From a virus, in the IMG/VR virus record IMGVR_UViG_3300045988_023555, positions 1 through 33,373 of that record: a stretch of DNA of 33,373 nucleotides. The stretch is one strand, 5' to 3'. Under the pieces are notes generated by a model. The model had not been told where the DNA came from. It did no database searches and saw only the letters and a program-made list of their open reading frames with translations. Each line of letters opens with the position of its first letter. Position 1 is the first letter of the stretch. The position numbers were made by a program, and so were the translations under genes. Shown one piece after another: positions 15,330 to 21,731 of this stretch.

Positions 15330-15731
15330 ATGTCAAAGTCAGCAATATACACAACAAACACGGCAGAACAGACAATCGCGGTCAACAGTGTTATTCCAGT
15401 CGGCATTACTGCGCGTCGTTATGGATGCAATCTCCGACAAGACGGTAACACCATAACGATGGCAGGAAAAGGTTATTATCTTATTAACGCCTCTGCAACC
15501 GTCACACCGTCGGCAGCTGGAACGGCAACAATCACCGCACAGAAAGACGGCGTTGCAATAATCGGCGCATCCGCGGCTGAAACTGTAGCAGCGGCAAGCA
15601 CGACAGTCAATATGGGCATAACGGCTATAGTCCGCAATGTCTGTGACTGTGACAGCTCTATTCTGTCTTTTGTCCTGACTGGTGCGGCTTCTGTCGTCAA
15701 CAATCTCGCAATATCGGTTGAAAAGCTGTAA
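15330..15731 (+). CDS. Island gene D: A/T/V-rich, probably all-beta protein (BclA C-terminal/C1q-like is only a guess)
   Basis: The ATG at 15330 follows GAAAGGA. The sequence has alternating beta-like segments and a VRNVCDCDSS motif. No signal peptide is apparent. Confidence 0.55.
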   Translation: MSKSAIYTTNTAEQTIAVNSVIPVGITARRYGCNLRQDGNTITMAGKGYYLINASATVTPSAAGTATITAQKDGVAIIGASAAETVAAASTTVNMGITAIVRNVCDCDSSILSFVLTGAASVVNNLAISVEKL

Positions 15732-15783
15732 AAAGCGCATTTAAACAGCAGACAATAAAATCAATGAAAATTGGAGGTATTGC

Positions 15784-16230
15784 ATGAAAGAGAAAATTGA
15801 CGCATACAGAAAAAAGCTCGAAGCGGAGATCTCCGACTATATGGAAAGACCCGCCAGCGAACGCGCCGCTGAGGCGGTCATGGGAATGCTTGAGTGCTGG
15901 GAAGCTCTCGGAGATATAGACTGCGACACATTGACCCGCGAGGACTGCGAAGCGTGGAACGAAAAGATGAAAAATGCGGACGGCTCGTCCGGCGCAGTCT
16001 GGAACATGGCTCAAACAAACGCTATGGCGGGGAACAACGGCAGAGTGCCAGACTATTGCTGGAACACGGCGGTTAACATGATGTATTCTGACTATTATGA
16101 GGTCGGCAAAAAATATGGTCTACCCGCTCCTGAGTTTTACGCGGAACTCGCAAAAGCTTTTCTGTTTGACAAGGACGCAAAGTCTCCCGAGTCCAAAATG
16201 GCGGCATACTATAATTATATCGTAAAATGA
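15784..16230 (+). CDS. Island gene E: hypothetical acidic helical protein
   Basis: 148-aa ORF with a GGAGG RBS 7 nt before the ATG. Confidence 0.55.
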   Translation: MKEKIDAYRKKLEAEISDYMERPASERAAEAVMGMLECWEALGDIDCDTLTREDCEAWNEKMKNADGSSGAVWNMAQTNAMAGNNGRVPDYCWNTAVNMMYSDYYEVGKKYGLPAPEFYAELAKAFLFDKDAKSPESKMAAYYNYIVK

Positions 16231-16270
16231 CAAAAAGGCAGGGCGCAAGCTCTGCCTTTGGAGGTATTAT

Positions 16271-16561
16271 ATGATTGACTACAATTCTATCAAATCCGAT
16301 TTGGCGCAATATGAATTAGATTATGACAATTCTTTCACGGCTCTGAACAAACTTGCGCCGCTTTACTGTGCCATGCTGTACCACACCCTCTCAGACCCTC
16401 AGAATGTGCCCACAAAAGGCGATTCCGAGTTTTATAAGATAATTAGTGGTAAAAATTTAACGGCTGTTCTGGGGGTAATTGACGAGCTTTTAGGGGCTAT
16501 CAAGTGCATTAATATAAATCTTTATCAAGCCACTTTGCAAAAGCTCGTAAACCTTGATTAA
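16271..16561 (+). CDS. Island gene F: hypothetical protein
   Basis: 96-aa ORF with a GGAGG RBS. A hairpin (AGGCAG...CTGCCT) precedes it. Confidence 0.5.
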   Translation: MIDYNSIKSDLAQYELDYDNSFTALNKLAPLYCAMLYHTLSDPQNVPTKGDSEFYKIISGKNLTAVLGVIDELLGAIKCININLYQATLQKLVNLD

Positions 16562-16689
16562 CGCTTTTTAAACTTTTCGGCAAGCTTATCCTCGAACGCG
16601 ATAAGCTTGTCTTCTTTTATAAACCCGTAGATAATGCCCACAACAAGCAGGATTTCAAAGACCGTTTGAATTGCAAATTTAAAAATCAT
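16558..16689 (-). CDS. 43-aa hydrophobic peptide driven by promoter P3
   Basis: A GGGAGA RBS sits 7 nt before the ATG at 16689. Translation: MIFKFAIQTVFEILLVVGIIYGFIKEDKLIAFEDKLAEKFKKR. Its stop overlaps the stop of plus-strand gene F. It is below the ORF-track cutoff. Confidence 0.45.
   Translation of the reverse strand: MIFKFAIQTVFEILLVVGIIYGFIKEDKLIAFEDKLAEKFKKR
16579..16618 (+). terminator. Terminator of the plus-strand island
   Basis: GGCAAGCTTATC-ctcgaacgc-GATAAGCTTGTC forms a 12-bp stem with one G-U pair, followed by TTCTTTT. It lies inside the convergent 43-aa ORF. Confidence 0.55.
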
Positions 16690-16721
16690 TTTAATGTCTC
16701 CCTTCTTTGTTTTGCAGTTAT

Positions 16722-16750
16722 ATTATATACCATGTTGTTACATTTGTCAA
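16722..16750 (-). promoter_or_regulatory. Consensus sigma-A promoter P3, TTGACA-17-TATAAT, with UP-like element
   Basis: On the minus strand TTGACA (16750-16745) is followed by a 17-nt spacer and TATAAT (16727-16722). It shares ttgtcaatagttttttaaaa...ttttgaa with P1 and P2. Confidence 0.6.
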
Positions 16751-16780
16751 TAGTTTTTTAAAATATTTTTGAACTTTTTA

Positions 16781-16812
16781 AAAAACAAAAGCACCCAGCC
16801 GAAGCCGAGCAC
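16781..16812 (-). terminator. Rho-independent terminator, minus-strand specific
   Basis: The RNA reads GUGCUCGGC-UUCG-GCUGGGUGC followed by UUUUGUUUUU. Several pairs are G-U, so the stem forms only in the minus-strand transcript. Confidence 0.6.
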
Positions 16813-16833
16813 CTTTGTAGACACGCATGAAGC
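16781..16833 (-). ncRNA. Candidate small RNA 2 (about 50 nt, promoter to terminator)
   Basis: It is bounded by the TTGACT-16-TACAAT promoter (16867-16840) and the terminator at 16781-16812. No RBS is present. Confidence 0.3.
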
Positions 16834-16839
16834 ATATAT

Positions 16840-16867
16840 ATTGTATCACATATTATAAAAAAGTCAA
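16840..16867 (-). promoter_or_regulatory. Sigma-A-like promoter, TTGACT-16-TACAAT
   Basis: On the minus strand TTGACT (16867-16862) is followed by a 16-nt spacer and TACAAT (16845-16840). Confidence 0.4.
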
Positions 16868-16871
16868 GTAT

Positions 16872-16902
16872 AAAGCAAAACAGCACCGATTTCTCGATGC
16901 TG
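16872..16902 (-). terminator. Rho-independent terminator
   Basis: The RNA reads CAGCAUCGA-GAAA-UCGGUGCUG (9-bp stem, GNRA loop) followed by UUUUGCUUU. Confidence 0.65.
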
Positions 16903-16985
16903 CTCTGCCATTTCAGAAATACTTTCCAAAAGGGGGGGTAAAAAAATAAAGAAAGGAGTAATCGTGACCCAGAAATCAATCACTA
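16872..16985 (-). ncRNA. Candidate small RNA 1 (about 110 nt) with an anti-Shine-Dalgarno-like tract
   Basis: It is bounded by the TTGACA-17-TATACT promoter (17020-16992) and the terminator at 16872-16902. It contains UACUCCUUUCUUUAUUUUUUUACCCCCCC and no credible ORF. Confidence 0.3.
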
Positions 16986-16991
16986 TTAGAT

Positions 16992-17020
16992 AGTATAAAG
17001 CATTGCTCGCCATTTGTCAA
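16992..17020 (-). promoter_or_regulatory. Sigma-A promoter, TTGACA-17-TATACT
   Basis: On the minus strand TTGACA (17020-17015) is followed by a 17-nt spacer and TATACT (16997-16992). Confidence 0.5.
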
Positions 17021-17047
17021 GCACTTTACGGATATTTTATAATCGCT

Positions 17048-17254
17048 TTACAGATATTTTATTATCAGTTTTTCACATTTGTAGATTATATTCTGAATTT
17101 GTCGGACGGAGTAGCCGAACTCCTCCGCTAAATCCTCCTGCTTTACGCCGTCAAGCCAGCGGCGCGATATAATCCTCCTGTATGTTTCGTTGTGAATCCG
17201 CTGATAAATCAGATTTTCCCATTCTTCACGGGATAATTTAGCTGTGTCAATCAT
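17048..17254 (-). CDS. Small sigma-70 region-4-like/HTH regulator (tentative)
   Basis: 68 aa. WLDGVKQEDLAEEFGYSVRQIQNIIYK looks like a region-4 HTH. The start forms an ATGA overlap with the upstream stop. Confidence 0.4.
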   Translation of the reverse strand: MIDTAKLSREEWENLIYQRIHNETYRRIISRRWLDGVKQEDLAEEFGYSVRQIQNIIYKCEKLIIKYL

Positions 17255-18039
17255 ACATAAAAGCCTATTGTCTGCATAGATTTCTTTCTGCCTGATATCC
17301 GCAGGACATAGAGCTTGTCAGACTGCGGACGATACGCCGATTTTGCCCCATAGCCGCCGAACGATAAAAAAGAGCCGCAGTTAATACACTCTATATTCTT
17401 TTTGGTGATTTTGTTGTTGTACTTGTCAAATACAAGCTTAGCCCTCGGACGGTCTTTTGCTTTGTGGTCGTGACCGCTTGCAAAAAAATCTATACCGTCC
17501 GTATAGTCGGCGGAGTGAACCGATTTAATGTCTTTTGCCTGATGTTGCAGCTGCCCGAAGTAGTGTATCTGCTTTGCGCTTGACGGCTTGATTTCTCCGA
17601 TTGCTATGTTTAGAAACGCTATTGTGTCACGGTATTTTTCCCCGATTCCTGCTATCAAGCAACAATCATATAGAGGATAAAGTCCGCAAGTTTTTGTGGC
17701 GCGGTTGTGACAGTGATTGCCGGGCACTACGGCTATAGTCTTCTCTTTCAGCTCGGATAACTGTTCTGTAACCCATTCTTTTTGATGTGCGGGGCTTGCG
17801 GTCTGCGTGAATATGTCGGACTTGCTGTTGGGAATAGCATCCTCCATTAAATCGCCCACCCAGCATATATACGCGTTAGGGTCTGCGATTATCTGTGCTT
17901 TTAAATTATTCCACTTCTTCGCGTCGAACAGCTCCGAGCCATAGTGCAAATCGTGAATAAAATATATATCTGCATATTCTTTGTCGCGAGGAAGTTTAAA
18001 AATAATCGGCGTATCGTCAGGCAAGAACATATCTGTCAC
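17251..18039 (-). CDS. Calcineurin-like metallophosphoesterase
   Basis: Motifs occur in order: IHDLHYG, WVGDLMED, VPGNHC, and later SGHDH. Confidence 0.75.
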   Translation of the reverse strand: MTDMFLPDDTPIIFKLPRDKEYADIYFIHDLHYGSELFDAKKWNNLKAQIIADPNAYICWVGDLMEDAIPNSKSDIFTQTASPAHQKEWVTEQLSELKEKTIAVVPGNHCHNRATKTCGLYPLYDCCLIAGIGEKYRDTIAFLNIAIGEIKPSSAKQIHYFGQLQHQAKDIKSVHSADYTDGIDFFASGHDHKAKDRPRAKLVFDKYNNKITKKNIECINCGSFLSFGGYGAKSAYRPQSDKLYVLRISGRKKSMQTIGFYV

Positions 18040-18133
18040 CTACTTCTTTTTGACTCGTCCACTCCCGTGGCAGGTCGGGCAGTATTTATATCCCGTTTTT
18101 CCTCCAACCTTTTTGACGCGCTTTTTAGTCGTT

Positions 18134-18397
18134 TTAACTACCTGTTTCGCCAACTATGTCACCGCCCACAAAATTATTTTGACCGTTATCGGCTTCCTGC
18201 CATACAGTCTGACTTGTCTCATCTTCAAACGAGTTCTCGTAAAGAATCCAAGCAAGATTGGACGCAAAAAGGAGCAGTATCAAAGTTAATATCAATGCAC
18301 ACAGTCTGCGCGTTGTCCGTTCCGCTCTCGCCATTGCCGATTCGTGCGCCGCGAGCGGGATGCTTTTGGTGTCACATCCGTTACAATACTTTTCCAT
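18134..18397 (-). CDS. Small single-pass membrane protein (holin-like is a guess)
   Basis: 87 aa with a central TM segment (LCALILTLILLLFASNLAWILY) and an acidic C-terminus. It follows the XhlA-like gene. Confidence 0.45.
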   Translation of the reverse strand: MEKYCNGCDTKSIPLAAHESAMARAERTTRRLCALILTLILLLFASNLAWILYENSFEDETSQTVWQEADNGQNNFVGGDIVGETGS

Positions 18398-18412
18398 TTT
18401 TGCGTCCTCCTG

Positions 18413-18643
18413 TTATTTAAAAATAATTCCGAACACTGTTGCAATAAGTGTCCCGATTGTCGCCGTTGCAATAGTCCACATCAGCTTTTCGACAACGCCT
18501 AACTTCGCAAGCCCGATTTCTATTCGCTTGTCGTCGTTAGCCAGTTTACCCGCTATTTCTTTGTGGTTCTGATTGCAAGTCGATTGCTTGACATATCGCC
18601 CGTCAAGTCTTTTTTCCAGATTTTCCATTTCCGTTACCGTCAT
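18413..18643 (-). CDS. XhlA-like membrane protein
   Basis: I take the start at the internal ATG 18643 (MTVTEMENLEKRLDG...). It has an N-terminal helical part with C..NH, then a C-terminal TM segment (LMWTIATATIGTLIATVFGIIF). This architecture matches PBSX XhlA-type proteins. Confidence 0.5.
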   Translation of the reverse strand: MTVTEMENLEKRLDGRYVKQSTCNQNHKEIAGKLANDDKRIEIGLAKLGVVEKLMWTIATATIGTLIATVFGIIFK

Positions 18644-18764
18644 CGGTTTCTTCCTCTGCGATGATTTCCTGAAGGAGCTGTATCGCGCCCTGTGTGGCGC
18701 GAGCTTGCGCCTCAAAATATTTCAGCGAGTTTCGCAGCTCTTCCAGTCTTTTTTTATAGTCCAT
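18603..18764 (-). CDS. 53-aa helical small ORF upstream of the XhlA-like gene
   Basis: A GGAGGCAACA sequence precedes the ATG at 18764. Translation: MDYKKRLEELRNSLKYFEAQARATQGAIQLLQEIIAEEETDDGNGNGKSGKKT. It is below the ORF-track cutoff. Confidence 0.4.
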   Translation of the reverse strand: MDYKKRLEELRNSLKYFEAQARATQGAIQLLQEIIAEEETDDGNGNGKSGKKT

Positions 18765-18791
18765 TGTTGCCTCCAATGATTTTATATTTAT

Positions 18792-18819
18792 ATTATATCA
18801 CTTTTAACATAAAAATCAA
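18792..18819 (-). promoter_or_regulatory. Sigma-A promoter, TTGATT-16-TATAAT
   Basis: On the minus strand TTGATT (18819-18814) is followed by a 16-nt spacer and TATAAT (18797-18792), just after the Tal stop. Confidence 0.5.
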
Positions 18820-18851
18820 GTATAACGCGGACTTTTGATTTATTTTTCCGC

Positions 18852-20999
18852 TTACACAAAAGCGAGTTTTTTTGAGCCTGTTGTATTTGACCAGAATATT
18901 ATACCGCTTTGCGTGAACGTAAGACGATAGGCGTTGCCGCCCGCGTCCATAAGTCGAACCTCAGCTCTGTCGCTTTGCGCGGCGAACAAATCCGCACGAA
19001 CGTAATTGTTGCCAGCTGACGTGGTGTCCTGAACTCGAACCGTAAACGCCGGAGAGCTTGCCACAATCGAAGCCCCGAAGTTCGTTACAAACTTGTTTTC
19101 CCCGTTGTAACCAGTCGCTCGGTACGCGAGGTATTCGCCGGGAGATGTTGTGTAGCCGTATTCGTTGACGTGTAATGCTCGTCTGATTCGCGTTGCATCT
19201 TTTTCGACGAGCATATAGTCAGTGTCCCAGTTATTCTTCAAACCGCCGACGGCAGGCATCGCCGCAGAAGCGTTCGCGGTTGACGTGCCAAACCTAAAGC
19301 CTTTTGAGGACTGCTCGCCTATCGTAAACTCAGGCGCGGCTATGGTCGCATACCAGTCGCCGCCGAGTGCGGTTTTAAACAGCATCGAGCTACCAAAGGT
19401 CAGATATTTTTCCCCTGTTCCGCTGCCTGTGCCTGCGCCTTGATATAGGTCAAGCACGCCGCCGGACAAGTCCGCTTTATAGCCGTCGTTGTTTAAGACG
19501 GACAGTGTACCGCCGTCAAGGTTTATATCGCCGCCGGTAATGTTGATATCAGAGGCTTCGATGTGTCCGGTTTCGAGATTAAAGGAAAATTCGCCGTTTG
19601 TGGACTGCATTATTCCAGCTTTGATGATGTTCGCTGTTAAAGTGCCTGTGTCGATAAAGTCGGCGACAATGTGACCGTCCTGCGTTATTGCGGTTTTATA
19701 TGTGCCGTTGTAACCAGTGGACGAATAGCCAAGACCCGACAAATTCCACCGCCATATCTTTTTGGCTGTGCTTGCGTTTGCGGTATCCATTATTAAAAGC
19801 TCCTGCGGATTCTCAGACGGATTAAGCCTGATATAACCGCCGCTGTTGCCAGTGATTGCCGCTGTTGCGTCCGCTATTGCCTTTTGATACGCTTCTGTAA
19901 TTTCTGATTTGCTCGAAATGGCAATGTTCTTCGCGTCCGTTGCTTCTTTGACCGTTTGCGAGATAATGCTTGACATATCTGCGCGAGCACTGCCGAGTTC
20001 TATCTTTGTGTATTTTTCGGCGATTGTATCGTAGACGGTTTTTATAACTTTTGCCTTGATATTTACGCCGAGTTCCTTGTGATGGATTTTAACAGTATCG
20101 CAGAGATTGACGGCTTCAAGCGGCGCGATATTTGCATATTCAGGTGACTGCGCAAGATTGACAAAAGAAACGGTAACAGAAGCTTTGATAGAATTGATAT
20201 CATTATCTTCTGCGTATTTCTTAACCGTCGCGTCAAGCGAACTTTGTGTCGGCGTGTTCTCCCCAAAGTCGGAGGAGAAATCACGAACAAGAATGCGCGT
20301 TGAAATACCGCTTGTGTTCGCGACATTGTAAGAGCTTACGAGATTAATATCATCTGTCTTGACATAGCCAAAAATTCCAGTATATGATGCAGACATATCA
20401 ACATCACATTTTAGCTCCGTCATGTTTTTGCCGTAGGCTATTCTCACGCCGTTATCCTTGCCGCGCGCCTTGTGGAGCTTGATAGTGTAATTGTCAAACT
20501 CATACTCGCCGCCATAGGTGTAGAGCACAGAGCCTTCAACGCCGCCGAGAGCCGCACGAGCGGAAACATTGGAAAGATTGATAGACGAGGAAAGCGTTAT
20601 ATCAGTTGTCGCCGCTGTAAACCCTGTTGCTTTTCCAAGCTGATTTTTTGCGGCGGTCAATATAGCATTTATCGCAACTTGCGCATTGCCCGATGCAGAA
20701 ACAGTCGGCACAGGATAGCCCGACAGAATGTAACTGACATGCTCCGCGTAAACCGTGAACTCGCCGTTAATAGGCTTTGAGACTTTGTAAATGTGAAATA
20801 GCTGATTTGCGCTTGTTTGATTCGGCTTTGCTTTAATGTAACAATCTGTCACAATGTCATTGGCGTGGGTTGCGCCGATGGGGTATACAAGCTCAAGCTC
20901 ATACACCCCGTTGCGCTCTTCCGTCACTTCGCACTCGGTGCATTCCGACAGCCAGCCTATTTTTGTTTTTGCGTCCGCTTTTAAGAGTATTGGAGTCAT
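18852..20999 (-). CDS. Tail-associated lysin/tail tip protein (Tal, prophage tail endopeptidase-like N-terminus)
   Basis: 715 aa, immediately after Dit. The N-terminus MTPILLKADAKTKIGWLSECTECEVTEERNGVYELELVYP is typical of siphovirus Tal proteins. Confidence 0.7.
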   Translation of the reverse strand: MTPILLKADAKTKIGWLSECTECEVTEERNGVYELELVYPIGATHANDIVTDCYIKAKPNQTSANQLFHIYKVSKPINGEFTVYAEHVSYILSGYPVPTVSASGNAQVAINAILTAAKNQLGKATGFTAATTDITLSSSINLSNVSARAALGGVEGSVLYTYGGEYEFDNYTIKLHKARGKDNGVRIAYGKNMTELKCDVDMSASYTGIFGYVKTDDINLVSSYNVANTSGISTRILVRDFSSDFGENTPTQSSLDATVKKYAEDNDINSIKASVTVSFVNLAQSPEYANIAPLEAVNLCDTVKIHHKELGVNIKAKVIKTVYDTIAEKYTKIELGSARADMSSIISQTVKEATDAKNIAISSKSEITEAYQKAIADATAAITGNSGGYIRLNPSENPQELLIMDTANASTAKKIWRWNLSGLGYSSTGYNGTYKTAITQDGHIVADFIDTGTLTANIIKAGIMQSTNGEFSFNLETGHIEASDINITGGDINLDGGTLSVLNNDGYKADLSGGVLDLYQGAGTGSGTGEKYLTFGSSMLFKTALGGDWYATIAAPEFTIGEQSSKGFRFGTSTANASAAMPAVGGLKNNWDTDYMLVEKDATRIRRALHVNEYGYTTSPGEYLAYRATGYNGENKFVTNFGASIVASSPAFTVRVQDTTSAGNNYVRADLFAAQSDRAEVRLMDAGGNAYRLTFTQSGIIFWSNTTGSKKLAFV

Positions 21000-21026
21000 T
21001 TTATCACCTTAATATAGACTTGCTGA

Positions 21027-21731
21027 TTATAATTCGCGCCAGTGCGGGACAATTTCTATTTTTGTCACCGTTCCAGTCCAGCTTATAGAGTTTACGCCCG
21101 ATTTAAAGGTCGGAAAATCGTCAAAGTTCGCGCGGTCTGCCTTGCTGCTTGTGCCAGTAAATACCGCCTGCAAGTTGCTATCACATTCGATATAGCTTGA
21201 TACTGATATGAAAGCAAAGGATTTATTATTTACTTTAAGCGTGATATTTCCGCTTCCGTAAATTTTAAAATACGGCAGAGCGGTGTACTGCGTCGGATTT
21301 GTGATACTTCCTGCCGCTGTCAAGGTTGTTTTTTGGTTGCCCGTCCTGAGGTTTCTGTAAGGCTTGCAGTTAAAAGCTATCTCTATATCAGCCCATTCGC
21401 CTTTTCCGAGATAGTCCCAGTCAACAGAGCCAGTTCTCGCCGCCAGTCTGTAATGTGTAGAATCGTCGCTGTCAATTAGTTGTTGATATCCAACGGCTGA
21501 AAGCCAGTTGGCTATTTCTAACAGCTTTGACTTGACATTTTTTACGCGGACTTGATAGGTGACATCAACATTCCTATAGCGTCCGTTGTCTAAAATCACT
21601 TCTCCGTCTCTTCCGGGCACTTCGACAAAATCAGCGTCGCGGACGGGTGCTTTGTATGTTTCTTTGTGCTTGATGATTATGCCAAAGTCCGAGGACTTCT
21701 TGCCGTTCCAAGTAAAATAATCGTTAAGCAT
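21027..21731 (-). CDS. Distal tail protein (Dit)
   Basis: I take the start at ATG 21731 (MLNDYFTWNGKKSSDFGIII...), which overlaps the tape measure stop by 8 nt. Position and N-terminal motif fit a siphovirus Dit. Confidence 0.7.
   Translation of the reverse strand: MLNDYFTWNGKKSSDFGIIIKHKETYKAPVRDADFVEVPGRDGEVILDNGRYRNVDVTYQVRVKNVKSKLLEIANWLSAVGYQQLIDSDDSTHYRLAARTGSVDWDYLGKGEWADIEIAFNCKPYRNLRTGNQKTTLTAAGSITNPTQYTALPYFKIYGSGNITLKVNNKSFAFISVSSYIECDSNLQAVFTGTSSKADRANFDDFPTFKSGVNSISWTGTVTKIEIVPHWREL

Noticed and set aside
16758-16979. 73-aa minus-strand ORF in the regulatory hub
   Set aside because: It has no RBS and a low-complexity hydrophobic translation. It is crossed by two promoters and two intrinsic terminators, so it cannot be on a single transcript.
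16938-16995. Plus-strand RBS-like aaagaaaggagtaatcGTG suggesting a plus-strand gene
   Set aside because: The frame closes after 9 codons, and I found no plus-strand promoter upstream. I read it as an inverted degenerate copy of the conserved leader, equivalently the anti-SD tract of candidate sRNA 1.
18036-18143. Possible TTG-initiated 35-aa basic zinc-ribbon-like peptide (…KYCPTCHGSGRVKKK) between the membrane protein and the phosphoesterase
   Set aside because: It has only a TTG start and no convincing RBS, and overlaps the upstream gene's end. The evidence is too weak to annotate.
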